DNA of 64,000 bases from Candidatus Multivoradales bacterium (GTDB lineage Bacteria; Acidobacteriota; Thermoanaerobaculia; Multivoradales; J023), in contig CBDFLE010000006.1 of assembly GCA_965248925.1 (NCBI GenBank), forward strand, positions 1,440,001-1,504,000, read 5' to 3'. The notes beneath the pieces were generated by a model that did no database searches, was not told where the DNA came from, and saw only the letters and a list, made by a program, of their open reading frames with translations. Position 1 is the stretch's first letter. Every line of letters begins with the position of its first letter. The translations under genes were made by a program, and so were the position numbers. Positions 42,056 through 50,487 of this stretch are shown here, piece by piece.

Positions 42056-44449
42056 TCAAATGTCCGGTTGAGCCTCTCCGGAGGTGTTCCGAGGCCCTGG
42101 GAAGGCCAGGCTCCGGGGTGGCGCCTTCTTGATCGCGAACCGCATCCGTAGCTCGGTGCCGGGGAAGTGGGTGGCGGTAGCGTTGAGTTCTTCGCAGACG
42201 GCGGCGATCGCCGCCGTCTTGTGGGGAGAGCTGAGCGGGTCGATGGAAAGGAGCAGCACGGTGTCGGTAACCTCCATATCGCCGCCGGCCGCGAAAGCGC
42301 TTTGGATCAGGGTGCGTCCCTCCTGCTCGGTGCGGCGGTAGTGGGGTGATAGGAGCCGGAGAAGATCACCTTCGGCCTGGTAGGCGACCATCTTGAGAAT
42401 ATCGGTGAGGTGCTTGCGCTCGACGGACAGCTTGATGACATCCGCTTCGACGACCTCTTGGACGGGGACGCGGACGGGGAGGGTCGCGCGCTGGTTCTCG
42501 AGTTCGGTGATCTGCTCTATCGCTGCCCGGACCCTGGCGGAGATGGCGGCGTTGGCGATCTTGAATCCGCGCATCGTGCGCCGCCGATCCTCGCGGTTTT
42601 CAAGAGCAGCGATCCCGATGTGGGCCCGGAGCTGCTCGAGATGTGCGTGAGCTTTGCGCAGCTCTGCATTGATCTTGCCGCGCTCGGGATTCGGCACATC
42701 GCGGGCGGCGTCCGCTGGCTCGGTGCCATAGTCCACCAGGGCATCGAGTGCGAATTCTTCGCGCAGGTATTTGAAGAAGTTCTCTTGCCTCCAACGATCG
42801 AACATGCGGTAGGCGACCTCGAGTGTGGAGAGGTCGCGGCGGGAGGTGATGATGGACGTCTGGTGGCCGTTGTCGCAGAGGCGGGTGACCTGGCGCAGGT
42901 ACAGCCGCTTGCGCTTCTTCCTCGGGCCATACTCGAGGTAGATACGCTGATCGGCGAGGAGGTACTCGAGCTTCCGCCCGTGGATCGTGTCCTTGATCTG
43001 CCCGAACTTGCTCAACGGCACCGGACGAAAGGGGGCCTTTCGGTATGTGAGGATGTCGAACTTCTTGGCGATGAGCTTCGCAAACAGCTTCGGGCTCCAA
43101 CCCCCACGGTCGAAGACGACGGTGACTCGCCGGTCTCCGAGTAGCTTTCGTACCTCTTCGAGAATGAGGGGAAGCATCGTCGCAAGCCCCTTGTTGGCCT
43201 CGGTGGGGACCACGAAGAGAGGCTCGCTCTCAGCATCGTTGACCCAGTAGTCGGTGGTGGCCGGCATCGCGATCCGCATCCGCGCTACGTGTGTCTTGGG
43301 AATCTCTCGGCCACCGTGGTAGGCGCGCACATGCCCGTCCACGTAGAGGAAGCCCATGGCATGGCCCCTGGTGGCGACCCGGCGCTGAGCGAGGGCGCGA
43401 CCGAGATCCGCGGCCAGGCCATGCGCGGCCAGCCGAGCGAGCTTGTTGCGCAAGGTTTTCACTTCCGGCGCTCGGTCGAGCCCGAGAAGCTGACCCAAAT
43501 GCCGGGGTGAGCGCTCCTTGAGCCCTTCGGGTCGCTTGACCCGCAACAGTGCCATCAGCAGCAGGGTTACCAGAGTGGTGCGCAGCCCATAGAAGGCCGG
43601 CCCGATGCTGCCGTACAGCTCCTGCGCGATGGAGAGCACGCCGCTGTCCACCAGGGCGGGAATCGCCAGCAGAGCACCGGCGCCCGGTAGCTGGGTCGCC
43701 GCTCCGAAGATCGGCGCCGCATCATCGAGGAATCCCAGCCTCGCCAGCAGCCGATCGCTGGCGCGATCCGCTGGATCGAGGTCCAGCGAGAGGGGAACCT
43801 GATCTTGCTCGGACGCAGAAGCGGACAGTTTTGGGTCCGCAGCCGCTGGGTCACCGCCACCCTCAGCGTCGAGCGCAAGATCCGCAGTTTTCAGGGGGCC
43901 GTCGACCTGCTGCTCATCAGAGGCGGACAGTTTTGGGTCCGCACTCTCGAAGGGCATCGTCATCTGCACTACCGACCGCTCTTTCCAGCCCAGGCGCTTG
44001 GCGAGCTTGCGAACGGCCTTCTCATCGATGCCCAGCCGCCGGCCAATCTCGCGATTCGACACACCCTCGGCCTTCCAGCCGTTGACCGCGTCCAGGCGGC
44101 CCTGCGCTACCCGAGACTGACCCCGGGGAAAACCGCGCGGCCGGCCCAGAGCAGCCAGCCCACCTTCTTCGAAGCGGCGCTGATTCCGGCGCACAGTCCG
44201 CACATCACAAGCGAACGCAAGGGCCACCTCGCGTTGCTGTGCCCAGCCCAATTCAACGAGACTCACCATCGCGTGGGCCTCGCCTGTCCTGTCGCCGGCA
44301 GCGAAGTGAGCGAGCGGCATGCCGCTGACCACCACCACCCGATAGCCGCCCCTCTGCTGGAGGCGGCAGCGGTCGTTGATCACCACAACCCCATCGGGGA
44401 CCCCGGCGTGGTCTGGGAACAGGACGGTGTGCTCGCTCGTCAGTGCCAT
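42056..44449 (-). CDS. DDE transposase (IS4-superfamily-like fold) with N-terminal HTH domains
   Basis: LYVDGH (D), VFDRGG (D), YRMFDRWRQENFFK (E, YREK-like); HTH-like QQREVALAF and SNREIGRRLGIDEKAVRK. Confidence 0.88.
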   Translation of the reverse strand: MALTSEHTVLFPDHAGVPDGVVVINDRCRLQQRGGYRVVVVSGMPLAHFAAGDRTGEAHAMVSLVELGWAQQREVALAFACDVRTVRRNQRRFEEGGLAALGRPRGFPRGQSRVAQGRLDAVNGWKAEGVSNREIGRRLGIDEKAVRKLAKRLGWKERSVVQMTMPFESADPKLSASDEQQVDGPLKTADLALDAEGGGDPAAADPKLSASASEQDQVPLSLDLDPADRASDRLLARLGFLDDAAPIFGAATQLPGAGALLAIPALVDSGVLSIAQELYGSIGPAFYGLRTTLVTLLLMALLRVKRPEGLKERSPRHLGQLLGLDRAPEVKTLRNKLARLAAHGLAADLGRALAQRRVATRGHAMGFLYVDGHVRAYHGGREIPKTHVARMRIAMPATTDYWVNDAESEPLFVVPTEANKGLATMLPLILEEVRKLLGDRRVTVVFDRGGWSPKLFAKLIAKKFDILTYRKAPFRPVPLSKFGQIKDTIHGRKLEYLLADQRIYLEYGPRKKRKRLYLRQVTRLCDNGHQTSIITSRRDLSTLEVAYRMFDRWRQENFFKYLREEFALDALVDYGTEPADAARDVPNPERGKINAELRKAHAHLEQLRAHIGIAALENREDRRRTMRGFKIANAAISARVRAAIEQITELENQRATLPVRVPVQEVVEADVIKLSVERKHLTDILKMVAYQAEGDLLRLLSPHYRRTEQEGRTLIQSAFAAGGDMEVTDTVLLLSIDPLSSPHKTAAIAAVCEELNATATHFPGTELRMRFAIKKAPPRSLAFPGPRNTSGEAQPDI

Positions 44450-44498
44450 GCTCGATCATGCCTCGGCACCGAAAAAAGCGGACAGTTTTGGGTCCGCA
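43821..44498. repeat. Three identical copies of the 21-bp quasi-palindrome GCGGACAGTTTTGGGTCCGCA
   Basis: Copies at 43821-43841, 43923-43943 and 44478-44498. Confidence 0.95.
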
Positions 44499-44651
44499 CC
44501 ACCTCTGAGGGGCGGTCCTGTGTTTTCAGAGGGTTAGGAGGGGTAGGTCAGGAGGTCTGGATTCGCCGATGACCTTCTACAGCCCACGGACTTCGCAGTG
44601 GAGAATCGCCAACCGTCGTGGTGACGGAAAAGACGGCGGAATACGGCCCCG

Positions 44652-44849
44652 ATGCGGATTTCAGTAAAGGCAGTACTCGCCCTTGGGGCCTTGGTCGCGA
44701 TGGCGATTCCGCCGGTAGTCTTCACCGGGGTGGCTCTCTTCGACGGCCTCGGAGTGGGCGAGTCCCGGTCGGCGCTAGTGGCCCAATACTCGGTACTGCC
44801 CAAACTAGGTGCCACCCTCTTCGCGAATACACGGAGCAGGCGCCTCTAG
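44652..44849 (+). pseudogene. Probable truncated membrane/secreted protein 5' fragment, cut at the 44800 junction
   Basis: Hydrophobic N-terminus MRISVKAVLALGALVAMAIPP; the frame runs into the repeat motif and stops. Confidence 0.35.
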
Positions 44850-45226
44850 AGCCGCTGTGCCCCGTCAAGTCGGCTGAGTTTGCGGTCGAAAGTGCCGAGG
44901 GGGAGATGCCCTGCCTGACGAGCAATTTCCAGCACCAGGCAGTCCGAAAAGCCAAGGCCTGGCAAGCTCCTGAAGTGGGCGAGCGCGGCCACCACGGTGC
45001 TCCGTTCTTGAACCGCGATTTGACGATGATCGAGCAACATCTCGATGGCGGTGGCGATGGCCAGCGGCTTCAACTCGTAAACCGCCGACAGCACCCACGT
45101 GGTTTCGGCGAGAACCAGATGGGAGATCCACGCACCGCGGCCGATGAAATCTTCAGCAGTATCAGCCTGCCCAGCGTCATCCCTGGTGATGAGCCGCACC
45201 AGGACGTTCGTATCAACCGCGTTCAT
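44846..45226 (-). CDS. vapC: VapC/PIN-domain toxin, copy B
   Basis: VDTNVLVR, LAETTWVL, FSDCL, TFDRKL. Confidence 0.92.
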   Translation of the reverse strand: MNAVDTNVLVRLITRDDAGQADTAEDFIGRGAWISHLVLAETTWVLSAVYELKPLAIATAIEMLLDHRQIAVQERSTVVAALAHFRSLPGLGFSDCLVLEIARQAGHLPLGTFDRKLSRLDGAQRL

Positions 45227-45476
45227 GCTTCAGCTGGGCGTACTCACGAACACCGTCCTTCAATTCCTCCAAGCTCCTACGCCGGGGACTTCCTTGAAGG
45301 AAAAGAGCTGCGGTGATGTCCTTCGCGGAGTAATCACCTCCGCGGCTGACCGCGATCCGCCCCTGCTCCTCATTCCACAGCAGAATCGAGCCAGGACCCA
45401 CCCCGAGCTTCTGGCGCACCTTGGCCGGCACCGAAACCTGCCCCCGGGCCGTAACTTTAGCTCGAGCGAGACTCAT
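45213..45476 (-). CDS. AbrB/MazE/SpoVT-family antitoxin, copy B
   Basis: KVTARGQVSVPAKVRQKLGVGPG; overlaps vapC. Confidence 0.9.
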   Translation of the reverse strand: MSLARAKVTARGQVSVPAKVRQKLGVGPGSILLWNEEQGRIAVSRGGDYSAKDITAALFLQGSPRRRSLEELKDGVREYAQLKHERG

Positions 45477-45483
45477 CCCGATA

Positions 45484-45499
45484 CATTACTTCAGCAATG
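45484..45499. promoter_or_regulatory. Probable TA operator, copy B
   Basis: CATTAC-TTCA-GCAATG just upstream of the antitoxin ATG; counterpart of 48264-48279. Confidence 0.55.
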
Positions 45500-45596
45500 A
45501 ACTGTGCGGGATCGAAGGACTCAATGCCGCACCACTGGCACGATGTCAAAGGCACTCTGTGCACCGCACCGAACGGACTGAGAGAGCCGCGAAGCC

Positions 45597-47201
45597 TCAG
45601 AGCCGCAAGACGGTGATCTGCCGGCCGCTGTGCTCGATCCCTTTGCGAGAGCAGCGTTCAGCGATCGGTGGCGCGTTCTGACGCTGGTCGAAGAGCACCA
45701 GGGTGCCGGCATCGAGGCCCAGGCGGATCAAGTACTGGCCGAGCTGCTCCAGACCCTCTTCGAGCGGGTCGCTGTCACCGTTGCGACGTACTTTGAGCTC
45801 AGCGGCGAAACGTTCGACGCCGCCTTCTGGCAGCGGCCAACGCACCAGCAGGTCGACGCGCCCGCTGCCAACCGCATATTCGCGATCGATCGCCGCCACG
45901 CCGGCCGGCCGAGCTTTGACCTCGGCGCTGCCGTTGACCACCCGGTGCAGCCACGCGGAGATGACCAGCTGCGCCGCCGCCTCGGAGTAGGGTTGGCGGT
46001 TGAGCATCCATTCGGCATTCGACTTCCAGAAAGCGGTGAAGCCATCGAGTAACTGGTGCCAGAGCAGGCGACCATCCTCGGCGATGTAAGTACTGCGGGG
46101 CACCGGCAAGAATGCTTCGGTGGCCGCGGTCAAGGCTCGCGGGATAATCTCGCGGTAGATGGGATTGGCAATCTCCAGCATGCCGGCACCCGGTGCGACC
46201 AGGCCCAGGTCCTTGACGAATTGGATGTCGTCGTCGAAGACGTCATCCTGTGGGGAGTTGCCGGTGAGGATCGGCTCGATCACCTTGCGGATACGATCTT
46301 CGCGCAAGCGCTCGATGAGGGAGTCGAGATGGGTGTCGCGACGGCGGATGAGAACTTCTTTCGCCACCTCGACGTCCGTATTCTCGATCGCGCTGCTGCG
46401 ATCGGGCACCAGTTTCTCGACCAACTGGCGCGCCAGGGCGTTGGTCAGCCACGGTTGGCCGCCGGTGAGTTCGAAGGCGCGGGCCTTGGCGGCGGCGGAG
46501 AAGGGTTGGCCGGTCTCCGCGGTGTGCTGCTCGTAGAGCTCGGCGACCTCGCGGGCGTTGAAGTTGCGCAGGGTCAGCGAGTCGCTCTTGATATTGAACG
46601 GCGACGAGCTACCGATCCGCTCCAGGCCGTCACGGCGCGAAATCTTGTAATCGCGAACGTCGCGCAAGCCGACAAGCCCCAAGGCATGAGGGAAACGCGC
46701 CGGCCGGCCAGGGTAGCCGGCATGGAGCTGATCGAGGACCGAGAGCAGTGTGTCGTCGACCAGAGCATCGATTTCGTCGAGGAAGAGCACCACGGGCCGC
46801 GGACAACGGTCACACCAGCGAGTGAGGTACTCCCCGAGCCTTGTCTCAGCGACGACCTCTGCGAGTTCTTTCAGCGGTGCCGGTCGAAGCTCGCTGACCA
46901 GCTGATTGCGGCATTCCAAGTCGATGGAGTGCAGCAGCGCTCTGATGCCGCGCTCGACGTCGTTGCCGGCGACGGCTCCGGGCTTGCAGCTTGCGAGCAC
47001 GGCGGCGTAGGTGGCTTCGGCGGTGAGCGCTTCGGCGAGCAGCCGGGCGCTGGTCGTCTTGCCGCTCTGGCGCGGGGCATGGATGACGAAAAATGCCTTG
47101 TCGTCGATCAGCCGGCGAAGTTCGCCGAGACGCGCCTCGGGCGCCACCATGAAATGGTCGTCAGGGCGACAGATGCCAGCGGTATTGAAACGGCGAGCCA
47201 T
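45597..47201 (-). CDS. AAA-type ATPase with C-terminal PD-(D/E)xK nuclease-like domain
   Basis: FNTAG, HAPRQSGKTT (Walker A), LFLDEID (Walker B), SPFNIK, REY..GSGRVDLLV..ELKV. Confidence 0.82.
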   Translation of the reverse strand: MARRFNTAGICRPDDHFMVAPEARLGELRRLIDDKAFFVIHAPRQSGKTTSARLLAEALTAEATYAAVLASCKPGAVAGNDVERGIRALLHSIDLECRNQLVSELRPAPLKELAEVVAETRLGEYLTRWCDRCPRPVVLFLDEIDALVDDTLLSVLDQLHAGYPGRPARFPHALGLVGLRDVRDYKISRRDGLERIGSSSPFNIKSDSLTLRNFNAREVAELYEQHTAETGQPFSAAAKARAFELTGGQPWLTNALARQLVEKLVPDRSSAIENTDVEVAKEVLIRRRDTHLDSLIERLREDRIRKVIEPILTGNSPQDDVFDDDIQFVKDLGLVAPGAGMLEIANPIYREIIPRALTAATEAFLPVPRSTYIAEDGRLLWHQLLDGFTAFWKSNAEWMLNRQPYSEAAAQLVISAWLHRVVNGSAEVKARPAGVAAIDREYAVGSGRVDLLVRWPLPEGGVERFAAELKVRRNGDSDPLEEGLEQLGQYLIRLGLDAGTLVLFDQRQNAPPIAERCSRKGIEHSGRQITVLRL

Positions 47202-47281
47202 AGGAACATTGTAGAGCCTTCCGACCAGCGTTGCCAAAAGCGGACGGCCTTTTCGACCCTAGAACCAAACGCCCCCCTCTT

Positions 47282-47521
47282 CACCGCTCAAACCAACGCC
47301 GCCTCAACCTCCGCTCGATCGACCAGCACCGAGCGGCCCGTGGCCTTGACTTCGGGCTCGAACTCGTAGTCGCGAATCACCCGCCTGAAGACCTCGCGCA
47401 AAGCCCTGGCACCCAAACGCGGCTGGCTGGCGGCCGCCTTGGCGATCGCTTGGATGACGGCGGGTGAGAGGGCCAGGTCGTAGCCGCGGCTCTCTAAGTA
47501 ACGCCGCACCTAGTGGTAGCC
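47282..47521 (-). pseudogene. Displaced duplicate of the 3' ~240 bp of the ClpX-like gene
   Basis: Direct repeat of 48281-48520 with about a dozen substitutions, including CAG->TAG. Confidence 0.9.
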
Positions 47522-47640
47522 AAACTAGGTGCCACCCGCCTCGCGAATACACGGAGCAGGCGCCTCTAGAGCCGCTGTGCCCAAACTAGGTGCCACCCCC
47601 TCGCGAATACACGGAGCAGGCGCCTCTAGAGCCGCTGTGC
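47520..47640. repeat. Tandem 61/60-bp repeat (junction motif plus vapC 3' end); third copy at 44800-44860
   Basis: CCAAACTAGGTGCCACCC..TCGCGAATACACGGAGCAGGCGCCTCTAGAGCCGCTGTGC at 47520, 47581 and 44800. Confidence 0.92.
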
Positions 47641-48006
47641 CCCGTCAAGTCGGCTGAGTTTGCGGTCGAAAGTGCCGAGGGGGAGATGCCCTGCCTGACG
47701 AGCAATTTCCAGCACCAGGCAGTCCGAAAAGCCAAGGCCTGGCAAGCTCCTGAAGTGGGCGAGCGCGGCCACCACGGTGCTCCGTTCTTGAACCGCGATT
47801 TGACGATGATCGAGCAACATCTCGATGGCGGTGGCGATGGCCAGCGGCTTCAACTCGTAAACCGCCGACAGCACCCACGTGGTTTCGGCGAGAACCAGAT
47901 GGGAGATCCACGCACCGCGGCCGATGAAATCTTCAGCAGTATCAGCCTGCCCAGCGTCATCCCTGGTGATGAGCCGCACCAGGACGTTCGTATCAACCGC
48001 GTTCAT
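47626..48006 (-). CDS. vapC: VapC/PIN-domain toxin, copy A (identical to copy B)
   Basis: Same 126-aa sequence as 44846-45226. Confidence 0.92.
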   Translation of the reverse strand: MNAVDTNVLVRLITRDDAGQADTAEDFIGRGAWISHLVLAETTWVLSAVYELKPLAIATAIEMLLDHRQIAVQERSTVVAALAHFRSLPGLGFSDCLVLEIARQAGHLPLGTFDRKLSRLDGAQRL

Positions 48007-48256
48007 GCTTCAGCTGGGCGTACTCACGAACACCGTCTTTCAACTCCTCCAAGCTCCTACGTCGGGGTGTTCCTCGAGGGAAAAGAGCTGCGCTGATGTC
48101 CTTGGAGGAATAAGCACCACCGAGACTGACCACGATCCGCCCCTGTTCCTCGTTCCAGAGCAAAACCGAGCCGGGGCCAGCCCCCAGTCTCTGACGCACT
48201 TTGGCCGGCACCGAAATCTGCCCCTGGGCGGTAATCTTTGATCGAGCGAGACTCAT
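47993..48256 (-). CDS. AbrB/MazE/SpoVT-family antitoxin, copy A
   Basis: KITAQGQISVPAKVRQRLGAGPG. Confidence 0.9.
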   Translation of the reverse strand: MSLARSKITAQGQISVPAKVRQRLGAGPGSVLLWNEEQGRIVVSLGGAYSSKDISAALFPRGTPRRRSLEELKDGVREYAQLKHERG

Positions 48257-48263
48257 CAGCGCA

Positions 48264-48279
48264 CATTACCACAGTAATG
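48264..48279. promoter_or_regulatory. Probable TA operator, copy A
   Basis: Palindrome CATTAC-CACA-GTAATG upstream of the antitoxin ATG. Confidence 0.65.
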
Positions 48280-48286
48280 GCACCGC

Positions 48287-49378
48287 TCAAACCAACGCCG
48301 CCTCGACCTCCGCTCGATCGACCAGCACCGAGCGACCCGTGGCCTTGATTTCGGGCTCGAACTCGTAGTCGCGGATCACCCGCCTGAAAACCTCGCGCAA
48401 AGCCCTGGCACCCAAACGCGGCTGGCTGGCGGCCGCGTTGGCGATTGCTTGGATGGCGGCGGGTGAGAGGGCCAGGTCGTAGCCGCGGCTCTCAAAGTAG
48501 CGCCGCGCCTGGTGGTAGCCCGAGTCGGGGACTTCGAGGAAGATGCGCTCGAGTTCGTCGACCGTCAAGTCGTCGAGCAGCACCACCGCGTCGAAGCGGG
48601 ACAAGAACTGTGGGCTCATGCCGTAGTCGAAAAGGTCTTCGTTCTTGAGCCAATCGCGCAGGGCGAACTCGAGCCGCTGTTCGACGTTGCCGTCTTCAAC
48701 CACCGTTACCGGCTGTAGCGCGCCTTTGTCCTTGCCGACCGTGACCCGGTCGTACACCGCGTCCCACAAACCCTCGAAGGCACCCGCACTGACGAACAGC
48801 AGGCCGCTTGAGTCCACTGTCAAAGTCTTACCTCCAGCCCAATCCGGCAGAGTGAAGGGCACCGATTCGTTCTCAATCAGGGTAAGCAGGGCTTCTTGCG
48901 CCCGGATACCGGCAGTGTTGGGCAGGCCACCCACGTGAGCGCGGATCTTGTCGACCTCGTCGATGAACACCAAGCCACCACGCGCTTGCTTGAGCAAGGT
49001 GGCGACCGGGGTCGCGGCCCCGAGCTGCTCGCGAGCGCGTTCTAGCAGGCGCCGCAGCACCGCCTCACCGGGTCGCCCTCGGGCCGCTTCTTCACCCAGC
49101 ACGTTGGCGTGGATGCGAATCACCGTCGAACGCAAGGCCAACTCCGGGCGCTGGCTGAGGTACTGCTCCACCGCCCGCATCAGGGTGGTCTTGCCGGTAC
49201 CCGAGGAACCGATCATCAGCAAGTTGCCGAGGGGCAAACCGGCGAGCTTCTTCGACAGGGCGATCGACATCTCGCGAATCGCTTCGCGCTGACCGATCAC
49301 CCTCTTCTCGAGCTCAGCGGCAATCTCCTTCGGGCTGGGAACCTTGGCCGACACTTCGCTACTGGACATGCCCACCAT
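48287..49378 (-). CDS. Atypical ClpX-like AAA+ ATPase
   Basis: PSPKEI..VIGQREA, GSSGTGKT, VFIDEVDKI, GAFEGL, DLFDYGMSPQFLSRF, LGARALR; no zinc-binding domain. Confidence 0.85.
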   Translation of the reverse strand: MVGMSSSEVSAKVPSPKEIAAELEKRVIGQREAIREMSIALSKKLAGLPLGNLLMIGSSGTGKTTLMRAVEQYLSQRPELALRSTVIRIHANVLGEEAARGRPGEAVLRRLLERAREQLGAATPVATLLKQARGGLVFIDEVDKIRAHVGGLPNTAGIRAQEALLTLIENESVPFTLPDWAGGKTLTVDSSGLLFVSAGAFEGLWDAVYDRVTVGKDKGALQPVTVVEDGNVEQRLEFALRDWLKNEDLFDYGMSPQFLSRFDAVVLLDDLTVDELERIFLEVPDSGYHQARRYFESRGYDLALSPAAIQAIANAAASQPRLGARALREVFRRVIRDYEFEPEIKATGRSVLVDRAEVEAALV

Positions 49379-49468
49379 TCTACGGATACCACCGGCAGCA
49401 TGCCAGCCAGCTCAATGTTCGGTGTTGCTGATGAAGCGGCCGGCGGGCTGTGATAGAAATTTGTCCCT

Positions 49469-50455
49469 ATGAGGCGTCCGCATCCACCCTTCCTCGGCCA
49501 GCTAGGCTGCTTGGCACTCCTCTGCCTGATGGCATCGATAGCCGGCGCCGCGGCTGCGGCCGATCCCCCTCTCGGCGAAATCCAGCGACTCCTCGACCAG
49601 GGCCAGCCCGAGCAGGCTTTGGCGCTGCTCGGCCGTAGCTTGCCGCGGGGCAAAAAGGGCGCTCAAGCGCTGCTCCTGCGCTCCACGGCGCGCATCATGA
49701 CCGGCGACAGCGAAGCCGGCGAGGCTGACTTGCGCGACGCTCTGAAGCTCGACCCGCGGCTGCGGCAGGGTTGGCTGAACCTGGGCGCAGTAGAGATCGC
49801 CGCCCAGCGTTATGCAGCAGCTCTGGCCGCCTTCGCCACCGCCGAAGACTTGGACCCGACCGACTTTGGCAACCACCTCAATCAGGGCGCGGTGCTCCTG
49901 CTGCTCGGCCGTCTGGACGAAGCTGGCACCAAGTTCGCTGCCTTCTTGGCCCACCACAGCGACGCCACCGGCCACTACCTGGTAGCAGGCAACTACGCCC
50001 TCAGCGGCCACGAATCGCAAGCGGTCGAGCACCTGCGCCGGGCTTTTCAAGTCGACGAACGCTTGCGGCTGCAGGTGCGCACTGACGACAAGTTTGTCCT
50101 TTTGCAAGGCGAGGCGTACCGCCACTTGTTGGTCACCGACGGCTACCGCCCATCGGCCGACGCCCACAGTCGCGCGGCCAGCTTTCAGCTGCCTTACGAT
50201 CGTCAGGATGGCCGCCTGCTCAACGCGGTGCTACAGGCGATGCAGCAGGTCGGCGAGCCCTTTGACCCTCGGATCGAGGCCAACGAGAAGTGGGCCCTGA
50301 TCTGGGGTGATTTGCGAATCAAGCTCTACAACCAAGCTGCTGGCACTTCGGTGGTGACCCTCAGCGCTGCCGCCGACAGCATGAGTTCCGCCACCTGGGC
50401 GCGGCGCAGTGACTCTCTTCTGCGAGCGATCTACGAAGCATTGCGGGGCTTCTGA
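49469..50455 (+). CDS. Exported TPR-repeat protein
   Basis: Signal peptide ending AAAAA-D; TPR units (ALKLDP..WLNLG, HLNQGAVLLLLGRLDEA). Confidence 0.8.
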   Translation: MRRPHPPFLGQLGCLALLCLMASIAGAAAAADPPLGEIQRLLDQGQPEQALALLGRSLPRGKKGAQALLLRSTARIMTGDSEAGEADLRDALKLDPRLRQGWLNLGAVEIAAQRYAAALAAFATAEDLDPTDFGNHLNQGAVLLLLGRLDEAGTKFAAFLAHHSDATGHYLVAGNYALSGHESQAVEHLRRAFQVDERLRLQVRTDDKFVLLQGEAYRHLLVTDGYRPSADAHSRAASFQLPYDRQDGRLLNAVLQAMQQVGEPFDPRIEANEKWALIWGDLRIKLYNQAAGTSVVTLSAAADSMSSATWARRSDSLLRAIYEALRGF

Positions 50456-50487
50456 TCCTGCAGGGCGACCCTACCGACGGCGCACTC

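Larger units (their letters stand above)
42031..44559 (-). mobile_element. Complete 2529-bp insertion sequence with 19-bp TIRs and 5-bp target duplication GATTC
   Basis: Left end CAGAACTCCTGACATACCC (42031-42049); the reverse complement of the right end 44541-44559 is CAGACCTCCTGACCTACCC (17/19); GATTC at 42026-42030 and 44560-44564. Confidence 0.92.

Noticed and set aside
47520-47640. 60-bp repeats as a CRISPR array
   Set aside because: The units are directly adjacent with no spacers, include vapC coding sequence, and no cas genes are present.
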